DNA from: Gemmatimonadales bacterium
GTDB lineage: Bacteria; Gemmatimonadota; Gemmatimonadetes; Gemmatimonadales; GWC2-71-9
Direction: 5' to 3'
NCBI GenBank assembly: GCA_035501775.1
Contig: DATJVM010000046.1
Coordinates: 36,244 to 100,243 of the forward strand
DNA: 64,000 nt
The notes beneath the pieces were generated by a model. The model saw only the letters and a program-made list of their open reading frames with translations, searched no databases and was not told the origin of the DNA. The translations under genes and the position numbers were made by a program. This document shows positions 29,953 to 39,696 of this stretch, in pieces. Each line of letters begins with the position of its first letter. The stretch's first letter is position 1.

Positions 29953-30978
29953 ATGGCGCCCGAGCCGCGCTGCCTGGTGGTAGACGACGATCCGGACCTC
30001 CGGCGCAGCATGTCGCGCGTGCTCGAGGGGATGGGGTTCGCCTGCATCGAGGCGGGGTCCGGGGCCGAGGCGCTCACCATCCTCCACAGCACCGGCGAGC
30101 TGCATCTGCTCCTTTCCGACGTCTCCATGCCGGGGCTCGACGGGCTCGGGCTTCTGCGAGAAGTGCAACGCCGGTTCCCGGATATGGCGGTGGTCATGCT
30201 GTCGGGGGTGCGGGAGGCGGAGATCGCGGTGGAATGCCTGCAGGCGGGCGCGCTCGACTACATCACCAAGCCGGCGCTGCTCATCGAAATCCGCTCGCGT
30301 GTGGCGCGCGCGCTCGAAAAGCGCGACCTCATGCTCCAGAACCGTTTCTATCAGCAGAACCTGGAGCAACTGGTGGACCAGCAGGCGGGCCGGCTCCGGG
30401 AGCTTTTCTTCGAGGGCGTCCAGACCCTGGTCCACGCGCTGGACGCCAAGGATCCCTACACCCGGGGCCATTCGACTCGGGTCAGTCAGTACGCCGAGCG
30501 CATCGCCGCCCGGCTGGGCCTCGGTGGGCCGACCCTCGAGGACGTGCGCCTCGGCGCCGAGCTGCACGACATCGGGAAGATCGGCACGCCGGAGGCCATC
30601 CTGCGGAAGCCGGGCCCCCTTACCCAGGACGAGTTTGATCACATCAGCGGTCATACCGTGCTTGGGGAGCGCATTCTCGCTCCGCTGGCGCGGGCCAACC
30701 CGGTGGTGCTCGCGATCGTCCGCTCCCATCACGAGCGGGTGGATGGCGCCGGCTTTCCGGATCACCTGGCGGGGGAGAGGATTCCTCTCCCCGCCCGGAT
30801 CGTCGCGGTCGCCGACGCGTTCGATGCGATGACCACCGATCGCTCCTACCGCTCGTCGCTCAGCGCCTCCCAGGCTCTGGACGAGCTCGAATCCAGCGCC
30901 GGCACTCACTTCGACCGCGAGGTGGTGAAGGCGTTCCGGAAGGAGTTCCCCAATCCCGGAGCGCTCCTGGTCGGCTGA
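29953..30978 (+). CDS. Response regulator receiver + HD-GYP domain protein, copy 2 (tandem paralog)
   Basis: ORF 29710..30978, ATG at 29953 (MAPEPRCLVVDDD). Colinear with copy 1, including HDIGKIG and HHERVDGAGFPD. Confidence 0.85.
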   Translation: MAPEPRCLVVDDDPDLRRSMSRVLEGMGFACIEAGSGAEALTILHSTGELHLLLSDVSMPGLDGLGLLREVQRRFPDMAVVMLSGVREAEIAVECLQAGALDYITKPALLIEIRSRVARALEKRDLMLQNRFYQQNLEQLVDQQAGRLRELFFEGVQTLVHALDAKDPYTRGHSTRVSQYAERIAARLGLGGPTLEDVRLGAELHDIGKIGTPEAILRKPGPLTQDEFDHISGHTVLGERILAPLARANPVVLAIVRSHHERVDGAGFPDHLAGERIPLPARIVAVADAFDAMTTDRSYRSSLSASQALDELESSAGTHFDREVVKAFRKEFPNPGALLVG

Positions 30979-30994
30979 CCTCTACCCCCCCACG

Positions 30995-31034
30995 TACCGC
31001 CCTACCGCCCTACCGTCCTACCGCCCTACCGTCT
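30995..31034. repeat. Octamer array (TACCGCCC)x5, reverse complement of GGGCGGTA
   Basis: Read directly: taccgccc taccgccc taccgtcc taccgccc taccgtct. It is preceded by a C7 run and ends 20 nt upstream of the glmM ATG. Confidence 0.9.
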
Positions 31035-31053
31035 GCCCGCTACCTTACGCCTC

Positions 31054-32445
31054 ATGAGCGAAACATTGATGATCAGCGTCTCCGGAATGCGCGGGATCGT
31101 GGGCAAGGACCTCACGCCCGAGCTGGTGGCGCGTCATGCCGCCGCGCTTGGCGCCTGGGCCGGTCAACGTGGCCGACCGCTCGTCGTGCTGGGGCGCGAC
31201 GCCCGGACCAGCGGCGCCATGTTCGCCCGGGCGGCAACCGCCGGCGTCATGTCCGTCGGCTCGGAGGTTGTCGACGTGGGCATCGCCCCAACCCCCACCG
31301 TGCAGCTGGCGGTGGAGCATCATCATGCGGGCGCCGGCCTGATCCTGACCGCGAGCCACAATCCGATCGAATGGAACGCTCTCAAACTGGTGGGCCCCGA
31401 CGGGATCTTCCTGGATGGCGCGGATGGACGCCGGGTCCGGGAGCTGGCCGACCAGGGGCCCGCGCGCGTGGGGTGGGAGGGGGTCGGTGCGGTGCGAGAG
31501 GACCGTGAGGCGATCGCTCGGCACATCGCCCAGGTGCTCGCGCTGCCGATGATCGATGTGGCCCGGATCCGTGCCAAGCGGTTTACGGTGGCGCTCGACT
31601 GCGTACGGGGCGCCGGCGGCACGACGATGCCGCAGCTGCTCGAGGCGCTGGGCTGCACGGTGCGGGGCATCAACCTGGAGGTGGACGGCCGCTTTCCGCG
31701 CCCGCCGGAGCCTCTGCCTGAGAATCTGGGCGACTTGTCGCGTCTGGTAATGGAGACCGGTGCCGCCATCGGGCTTGCGGTCGACCCCGACGTCGACCGA
31801 CTGGCGCTGGTGGACGAGACCGGCTCGCCCATCGGGGAGGATTACACCCTGGCGCTGGCGGTACGCGCCGTCCTCGAAAACCGCTCCCGAACCACGAGCC
31901 TTGGAGCGGACGGGCATGGTCCCCCCCCGGTTGTGGTTGCCAACCTGTCGACCTCCCTGGTCGTTGAAGACGCGGCCCGGCTGGGAGGCGCGCGGTTCAT
32001 GCGGGCGCCGGTGGGCGAGGCCAACGTTGCTCGGGCCATCCGGGACGAGGGTGCGCTGATCGGCGGCGAGGGGAACGGCGGGGTGATCCTGCCCTCACTC
32101 CATATCGGCCGTGACGCGCCGGTTGGTGTGGCATTGATCCTGCACTTGCTTGCCACGTCGGGGGCGACGGTGAGCGATCTGGTCAGGCGGCAGCCGCAGT
32201 ACCGAATCGTCAAGGCTAAAGCGCCGAGGGGCAATGACTTAGAGCCAGTCTACGAGCAGCTCAAGCGGCGCTTCGCGGATGCCACGCTCGACCTGCGGGA
32301 CGGACTGAGGCTTGCATGGCAGGACCGCTGGGTACATGTCCGGCCTTCGGGAACGGAACCTATCGTTCGGTTCATCGCCGAAGCACCCACCCAGGCCGAC
32401 GCCGAAGCGCTGGTGTCGGTCTGTCGTGACCTCTTTTTGAGATAA
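31054..32445 (+). CDS. glmM: Phosphohexomutase (phosphoglucosamine mutase-like by context with glmS)
   Basis: Active-site TASHNPIEWNALKL and Mg loop DPDVDR. Lies 11 nt upstream of glmS. Confidence 0.8.
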   Translation: MSETLMISVSGMRGIVGKDLTPELVARHAAALGAWAGQRGRPLVVLGRDARTSGAMFARAATAGVMSVGSEVVDVGIAPTPTVQLAVEHHHAGAGLILTASHNPIEWNALKLVGPDGIFLDGADGRRVRELADQGPARVGWEGVGAVREDREAIARHIAQVLALPMIDVARIRAKRFTVALDCVRGAGGTTMPQLLEALGCTVRGINLEVDGRFPRPPEPLPENLGDLSRLVMETGAAIGLAVDPDVDRLALVDETGSPIGEDYTLALAVRAVLENRSRTTSLGADGHGPPPVVVANLSTSLVVEDAARLGGARFMRAPVGEANVARAIRDEGALIGGEGNGGVILPSLHIGRDAPVGVALILHLLATSGATVSDLVRRQPQYRIVKAKAPRGNDLEPVYEQLKRRFADATLDLRDGLRLAWQDRWVHVRPSGTEPIVRFIAEAPTQADAEALVSVCRDLFLR

Positions 32446-32456
32446 GGACCCATCGT

Positions 32457-34283
32457 ATGTGTGGGATCGTCGGGTACGTGGGACCGCGGCAGGCGGTGGC
32501 TCTGCTGGTGGACGGACTCAAGCGTCTCGAGTATCGCGGGTATGACTCCTCCGGCATTGCGGTGCTCAACGGCCAGGGGCTGGTGGTGCTCAAGCAGTCC
32601 GGGAAGCTGAGTGCCCTCGAGAAGCAGTTGCAGGAGTACACCCCAAAGGGCACGGTCGGGATCGGCCACACCCGGTGGGCTACCCACGGGCCGCCGACGG
32701 CCGCCAACGCGCACCCCCACACCGACCAGTCGGGCAAGATCGCGCTCATTCACAACGGGATCATCGAGAACGCCTCGGCCATCCGGAAGGTGCTGGAGCA
32801 GCGCGGCCACCGGTTCAAGTCGGAGACCGATACCGAGGTGCTGGCCCACCTGATCGGCGAGTGCTACCACGGAAACCTGGAGGACGCGGTCGCGGAGGCG
32901 CTGCGCGAGGTGGATGGAGCGTACGGGATCGCGGTGATCTGCGAGGACGAACCCGACTGCCTGGTGGCGGCCCGCAAGGGCTCTCCCCTGCTGGTCGGCG
33001 TTGGAGACGGCGAGTGGTTCGTCGCCTCGGACGCGTCCGCCATTCTGGCGCACACCCGGTCGGTGGTCTACCTCGACGACGGCGAAATGGTGGTCCTCTG
33101 CCGCAAGGGTTATCACGTGCGGGACCTTGCCGCGACGCGGATCGAGAAGCCGGTCAATCAGATCGAGTGGGACCTGGCGACGATCGAGCGCGGCGGATAC
33201 GCGCACTTCATGCTGAAGGAGATCTTCGAGCAGCCGGACACGGTCCGCAACACGATGCGCGGCCACCTGCTCGAGGAAGAGGGGACCGCCCGCATGAGCG
33301 GGCTCAACCTCACCGACGATGAAATCAAGAAGATCGACCGCATCGTCATCACCGCGTGCGGCACCAGCTGGCACTCCGGGCTCATCGGCGAGTACATGCT
33401 GGAGGAGCTGGCCCGGATTCCGGTGGAGGTGGAATACGCCTCCGAGTTCCGGTACCGGAACCCCGTGGTGGACGAGCGGACCCTGGTGATCGGCATCTCT
33501 CAGTCGGGCGAGACGGCGGATACCCTCGCGGCAATCCGGGAGGCGAAGCGCCGCGGCGCCCGCACCATCGGCCTGGTCAACGTGGTCGGGTCCACGATCG
33601 CGCGTGAGGTGGATGGCGGCATCTACTTGCACGCCGGTCCCGAGGTGGGCGTGGCGAGCACCAAGGCCTTTACCAGCCAGGTGATCGCGCTGGCTCTCAT
33701 CACTCTCCGGTTCGGGCGGCTCCGCAATCTGAGCATCCTGCAGGGTCGCCAGATCATCCAGGGGCTCCGCGCCCTGCCTGAGCAGATCGAGGACATCCTG
33801 AACCGCGCCCACGAAGTGGAGGCGCTGGCCGAGCGGTTCTGGCGGAGCAACAACGCGCTCTATCTGGGGCGCGGCGTGAACTTCCCCGTGGCGCTCGAAG
33901 GTGCGCTCAAGCTCAAGGAGATCTCCTACATTCACGCGGAGGGCTACCCCGCCGCGGAGATGAAGCACGGGCCGATCGCCCTGATCGACGAGAACATGCC
34001 GGTGGTGTTCATCGCTCCCAAGGACGCCGTGCACGGCAAGATCGTCTCCAACGTCGAGGAAGTACGGGCCCGGGGCGGGCAGGTCATCGCCATCAAGAAC
34101 GACGGCGACGATCAGATCAGCTCCCTGGCGGCGGCCACGTTCACGATTCCGGATACGCTCGATCTCCTGACGCCGATTCTCACGATCATCCCGCTGCAGC
34201 TGTTCAGCTACTACGTCGCGGTGCGCCGGGGCTGCAACGTGGATCAGCCGCGGAACCTCGCCAAGAGCGTCACGGTGGAGTAG
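32457..34283 (+). CDS. glmS: Glutamine-fructose-6-phosphate aminotransferase
   Basis: MCGIVGY N-terminal nucleophile, two SIS domains, C-terminal ...NLAKSVTVE. Confidence 0.97.
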   Translation: MCGIVGYVGPRQAVALLVDGLKRLEYRGYDSSGIAVLNGQGLVVLKQSGKLSALEKQLQEYTPKGTVGIGHTRWATHGPPTAANAHPHTDQSGKIALIHNGIIENASAIRKVLEQRGHRFKSETDTEVLAHLIGECYHGNLEDAVAEALREVDGAYGIAVICEDEPDCLVAARKGSPLLVGVGDGEWFVASDASAILAHTRSVVYLDDGEMVVLCRKGYHVRDLAATRIEKPVNQIEWDLATIERGGYAHFMLKEIFEQPDTVRNTMRGHLLEEEGTARMSGLNLTDDEIKKIDRIVITACGTSWHSGLIGEYMLEELARIPVEVEYASEFRYRNPVVDERTLVIGISQSGETADTLAAIREAKRRGARTIGLVNVVGSTIAREVDGGIYLHAGPEVGVASTKAFTSQVIALALITLRFGRLRNLSILQGRQIIQGLRALPEQIEDILNRAHEVEALAERFWRSNNALYLGRGVNFPVALEGALKLKEISYIHAEGYPAAEMKHGPIALIDENMPVVFIAPKDAVHGKIVSNVEEVRARGGQVIAIKNDGDDQISSLAAATFTIPDTLDLLTPILTIIPLQLFSYYVAVRRGCNVDQPRNLAKSVTVE

Positions 34284-34307
34284 GCAGTTCACGTCATCGT
34301 TGCCGGG

Positions 34308-34331
34308 GGGGAGATCCTCAGCGGTCTCCCC
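34308..34331 (+). terminator. Possible intrinsic terminator after glmS
   Basis: GGGGAGA (34308-34314) pairs with TCTCCCC (34325-34331) across a 10-nt loop, followed by tcgtcgtttctcc. The U-tract is weak. Confidence 0.3.
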
Positions 34332-34533
34332 TCGTCGTTTCTCCCCTCCCATTCCTTGCGCCGACTCCCCGGACCCCTCGCCCCCTCGCCGCTTGCCCGG
34401 CGGCGGTTAGCTTTCCTGCCTCCCTCACCGGACCCGAAATGAGCGATCTCTCCTCCCAACCGGCCTGCGCTCTGGCTGGCCGGGCGCCGCTTCGAGGCGA
34501 TCTCCGGTTCCGGCAGCGCGCCGCCCGTCCCTG

Positions 34534-34998
34534 ATGCGGGTCGTGCTTCAGCGGGTGAGCTCCGCGGCGGTCACGATTGACGGGCGCACTGTCGGGTCCA
34601 TCCGGCGCGGCTTCTGCCTGCTGGTGGGCTTCACTCACCGCGACACGGCCGCTGAGGTGGACTGGATGGCCGAGAAGGTCGCCGGCCTCAGGTTGTTCGG
34701 TGATGCCGCGGACAAGATGAACCTGCCGCTCGCCGAAGTCGGGGGTTCCCTCCTCGTCATCTCGCAGTTCACGCTTTATGGTGACGTGGAGAAGGGGCGA
34801 CGGCCCTCGTTCATCGAAGCCGCGAGGCCCGAGACCGCGATTCCCCTGTACGAACGCTTCGTTGTCCAGTTGCGGGCCAAGGGACTCCAGGTGGAAACCG
34901 GCGAGTTCGGCGCGATGATGCAGGTCGAGATCCACAACGACGGACCGGTAACCCTGGTTCTCGAACGGAAACCGTCGGTGGGTGGGGGTACGGCGTAG
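34534..34998 (+). CDS. dtd: D-aminoacyl-tRNA deacylase
   Basis: MRVVLQRV... N-terminus, SQFTLYGD motif, about 150 aa. Confidence 0.9.
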   Translation: MRVVLQRVSSAAVTIDGRTVGSIRRGFCLLVGFTHRDTAAEVDWMAEKVAGLRLFGDAADKMNLPLAEVGGSLLVISQFTLYGDVEKGRRPSFIEAARPETAIPLYERFVVQLRAKGLQVETGEFGAMMQVEIHNDGPVTLVLERKPSVGGGTA

Positions 34999-35013
34999 GT
35001 GGGAGCCGCGTGG

Positions 35014-35272
35014 AGCGTAGAGCGTACAGCGTACAGGGGGTGTGAGGCGGGCATGGCACCCGAAGTGAGTAGGTGGTACGTTCGGCGCCGCTCACCGCTC
35101 ACCGCTCACCGCTCACCGCTCACCCAGCGTACAGCGTTCAGCGTACAGGGGTGTGAGGCGGGCATGGCATACGAGGTGAGTGAGCGGCAGGTTCGGCACC
35201 GCTCACCGCTCACCGCTCACCGCACTTCTCACTTCTCACTTCTCACCTCTCACTTCTCACCTCTCACTTCTC
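35014..35272. repeat. Composite repeat: two tandem 112-nt units, each [AGCGTAC]x3 + about 52-nt core + [CCGCTCA]x3-5, followed by (ACTTCTC/ACCTCTC)x7
   Basis: Read directly. Unit 1 is 35014-35122 and unit 2 is 35126-35222; their cores differ at a few positions. The CT-rich heptamer array 35224-35272 ends 3 nt before the maf ATG. Confidence 0.9.
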
Positions 35273-35275
35273 CCC

Positions 35276-35845
35276 ATGCCCCCCCACCTCATCCTCGCCT
35301 CCGCATCTCCCCGGCGGCGCGAGTTGCTCGCCATGCTCGGCATCCGGTTCGAGGTGCGTCCCTCGCAGGTCGCCGAGCAGCGCAATCCGGGCGAGGCGCC
35401 GCGGGCCTACACCGAGCGTCTGGCCCGGGAGAAGGCGCTGGAGGTTGCCGGAGACCTGGTGCTCGGCGCCGACACGACAGTTCTCCTGGAGGACACCCTG
35501 CTCGAGAAGCCGGTCGATGAAGCCGACGCGCTCCGCATGCTGCTGGCCCTGCAGGGTCGCGCCCACCAGGTGATCACTTCCGTGGCCCTCAAGGCGCACG
35601 GGCGCCTGCTCGAGGCAACCGATCTCACGCGGGTGGTGTTCCGAGCGGCCGACGAGGAGTTCCTGCGCGCCTACATCGCCACGGGGGAGCCGATGGACAA
35701 GGCGGGGGCTTACGGCATCCAGGGCTACGGTGCCGCCCTGGTGGAGCGGATCGAAGGGGACTTCTTCTCCGTGATGGGGCTGCCGGTCAGGCTGGTGCTG
35801 CGATTGCTGGAGGAGGCTGGCCATCCCTACCGGTTCGGGCGCTGA
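35276..35845 (+). CDS. maf: Maf-family nucleoside triphosphate pyrophosphatase
   Basis: ORF 35180..35845. ATG at 35276 gives MPPHLILASASPRRRELL. The upstream part of the ORF is translated repeat DNA. Confidence 0.9.
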   Translation: MPPHLILASASPRRRELLAMLGIRFEVRPSQVAEQRNPGEAPRAYTERLAREKALEVAGDLVLGADTTVLLEDTLLEKPVDEADALRMLLALQGRAHQVITSVALKAHGRLLEATDLTRVVFRAADEEFLRAYIATGEPMDKAGAYGIQGYGAALVERIEGDFFSVMGLPVRLVLRLLEEAGHPYRFGR

Positions 35846-35854
35846 CCTCCCCGC

Positions 35855-37498
35855 TCAGACCTTGACGCTCCAGACCGGCACGGCCTGGGCCCGGTTCTTC
35901 ACGCTGAGCGGCTCGCGGGTGTCGACCGGAGGCTTCTGTTTGAGCACCTGGTAGAGGGGGTCGCTGATCAGGATCTCTCCCCCCTTGGCGTTGGAGCAGA
36001 GCCGGCTCGCGACGTTGACCGCATCCCCGATGACGGTGTATTCGAGCCGGAGGTGGCTGCCGATGTTGCCCGCGAACGTGTCGCCGTAGTTGATCCCGAT
36101 GCCCACGCTGATCGTGGGCCGTCCCTGGGCGGCCCACTGCTCGTTGAGGGCGTGGATGGCGCGCTGCATGGCGATCGCGGCCTGCACCGCGCGGTCGGGG
36201 TCATCGGCGTGGGGGATGGGCGCGCCCCACAGCGCCATGATCGCGTCGCCGATGAATTTGTCGAGCGTCCCCCCGTTGGCGAAGATGATATCCACCATCT
36301 CCGTGAAATAGTCCGAGAGCAGGCTCGCGATCGAGTCCGGACTCATGTGCTCGGACATCGTGGTGAAGCCGCGGATGTCGGAGAAGAGAATCGTGACCGG
36401 CCGCTTGTCGCCGCCGAGCTTCACTGCGCCCTGCTGCTGCGCGATCTCCGCGGCCACGTTGGGGGCGAAGTACCGCTCGAAGTTGGAGCGGACCATGGCC
36501 TCGCGCTGAATCTGCTCCGCGAACCGGCTGTTCTTGATGGCGATGGCGGCCAGCCCGCCGAACGCAATCAGGAACTGCAGATCCTCGTCGCTGAACGAGT
36601 TCGTGGCCGTCAGATTGTCGACATAGAGAATGCCCAGCACCATTTCCGCGCTGGCCATGAGGGGAATGCACATCGCGCTCCGGACGCTCTGGAGCAGGAT
36701 GGACTGCCCGCCCTTGAAGCGGTCATCGGCCACGGCATTGTCCGTGAGGATCGCCACCCGCTCTTCGACCGCCTTCCGCGCGATGGAGCGCGGCACGTGC
36801 TGAGCCGAGGCATCGCCCAGGCGGCTCTTGGAGACCCGCGGCACCAGCTCCTTGGAGTCGGTGGCCAGCAGGACCGACACCCGGTCCACGCCCATCACGT
36901 CGAACGTGGTTTCAACCACGCGGCCGAGCAGCTTGTCGAGATCCAGCTCGCCTGACAACTTCTGTGAGACATCGAGCAGCAGGGACAGCTTCTTGGCGTT
37001 GCGTTCCGCGGTGCTCGCTCCCGCGACCTTGAGCTGGCCGGCGCCACCGGCCGTTGAATCCGTCGGCTTCACCGAGCTCGGCGTCCCGACCGCGGCCGCC
37101 GCCACGTCGCCCACGATCACCGCCGGCACCCCGCCGCTCATGGCGATCTGCTTGACGATGGTCCCGCCTGGCTGCGGCAGATTCTGGCCCGTGATGTGGC
37201 GGCCGGTGCCCATGTCAGGCGACTTGAGCTGGAAGACGACCTTCCCGAACGTGACCGAGTCCCCGGGCTCGAGGGTGGCCTCGGTGACCCGCTCCCCGTT
37301 GATGAATGTTCCGTTGGAGCTTCCCAGATCCTTGAGCGCCACGCCCTTCTGGTTGACCGTGAGCTCGGCGTGACGACGGCTGATGGTGGGATCGAAGATG
37401 GGGATGTCGCTCGTCACGGCGCGGCCCACCACGTACACGTGGCCCGCGGCCAGCTCGAAATCCTGGTCCCCGGTGAAGGAGATGAGCTTGAGCGTCAT
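35855..37498 (-). CDS. FHA - GAF - class III adenylate/guanylate cyclase
   Basis: N-terminal FHA (GRAVTSDIPIFDPTISRRHAEL...GSSNGTFING), a central GAF-like region, and a C-terminal cyclase (ILFSDIRGFTTMSE, FIGDAIMALWGAP). Confidence 0.85.
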   Translation of the reverse strand: MTLKLISFTGDQDFELAAGHVYVVGRAVTSDIPIFDPTISRRHAELTVNQKGVALKDLGSSNGTFINGERVTEATLEPGDSVTFGKVVFQLKSPDMGTGRHITGQNLPQPGGTIVKQIAMSGGVPAVIVGDVAAAAVGTPSSVKPTDSTAGGAGQLKVAGASTAERNAKKLSLLLDVSQKLSGELDLDKLLGRVVETTFDVMGVDRVSVLLATDSKELVPRVSKSRLGDASAQHVPRSIARKAVEERVAILTDNAVADDRFKGGQSILLQSVRSAMCIPLMASAEMVLGILYVDNLTATNSFSDEDLQFLIAFGGLAAIAIKNSRFAEQIQREAMVRSNFERYFAPNVAAEIAQQQGAVKLGGDKRPVTILFSDIRGFTTMSEHMSPDSIASLLSDYFTEMVDIIFANGGTLDKFIGDAIMALWGAPIPHADDPDRAVQAAIAMQRAIHALNEQWAAQGRPTISVGIGINYGDTFAGNIGSHLRLEYTVIGDAVNVASRLCSNAKGGEILISDPLYQVLKQKPPVDTREPLSVKNRAQAVPVWSVKV

Positions 37499-37576
37499 GG
37501 AACGGGGAATATAGGCTGGGAGGTAGGGCGCGCTACTGTCGCGGGGCCGGCTACGTCGGCCTCTGTCGACGAACCG

Positions 37577-39067
<1,491 letters not shown>

Positions 39068-39078
39068 GGTGGCCTCTC

Positions 39079-39672
39079 TCAGCGTGGCGCCACGACGAGG
39101 TAGCTCCCGGCGCCACGGAGCTGTGCCTGGAGATTGTCCAGGGCGGGCCGATCGGAGGCCAGAAGCCCCCACCGATCGTTGTCGAGCTCGACCCCGACGG
39201 AGAGCGCTCGCTCCACTCCCGCGGCGTCGCCATATCGACGGAGCGCGGCCAGGGGCGCGGCGAAATGTACCGGATAGCTGAATCGCACCGTCGCCCCGGG
39301 ACCGGGGGGCAGGCTGCTCGTCAGGTCGACCCCGTAGACCCCGGGCCGCGGGTGAATTGACACCGTCACCGACTCGGGGGCGCCCGGCGCGGCGAAGGCC
39401 GCCGCGGGGAAAGCGAGCTCCACGAATGGCGTGTTGTCCGGGGCGCCATGCCGCAGGATCACCCGGCGCATCGTCCCGGTGGCGAAGGTGACGGTCGTGT
39501 CGCTTGCCGCCGGCCCGTCCATCTCGAGGATGTACAGCTGGTCGAGCCGGAGCACTCGCGTCACCGGCGCGGGGCCGGTCGCCGGGGCCGCGGAAGGCGC
39601 GGCGTGCCGGCACGAGACGAGGCCGACAAGGAGCCCCGTTGCCGCCGCGAGGATCGATCGGGTAGTTCTCAC
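39079..39672 (-). CDS. Hypothetical lipoprotein
   Basis: ORF 39079..39906. GTG at 39672 gives VRTTRSILAAATGLLVGLVSC (lipobox). Its stop lies 12 nt upstream of the trpE start. I recognised no family. Confidence 0.4.
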   Translation of the reverse strand: MRTTRSILAAATGLLVGLVSCRHAAPSAAPATGPAPVTRVLRLDQLYILEMDGPAASDTTVTFATGTMRRVILRHGAPDNTPFVELAFPAAAFAAPGAPESVTVSIHPRPGVYGVDLTSSLPPGPGATVRFSYPVHFAAPLAALRRYGDAAGVERALSVGVELDNDRWGLLASDRPALDNLQAQLRGAGSYLVVAPR

Positions 39673-39696
39673 GACGCGTAAAGTAAGGAGTCCGAA

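Noticed and set aside
32446-32456. Looked for a glmS ribozyme/riboswitch upstream of glmS.
   Set aside because: Only 11 nt separate glmM from glmS, so there is no room for the ribozyme. It is also mainly a Gram-positive feature.
34999-35520. 173-aa plus ORF, and the N-terminal extension of maf (35180 start), reading through the repeats.
   Set aside because: The peptide is just translated CCGCTCA/ACTTCTC repeats (SPLTAHRSPLT..., SHFSLLTSHFSPLTS). The canonical Maf N-terminus begins at ATG 35276.
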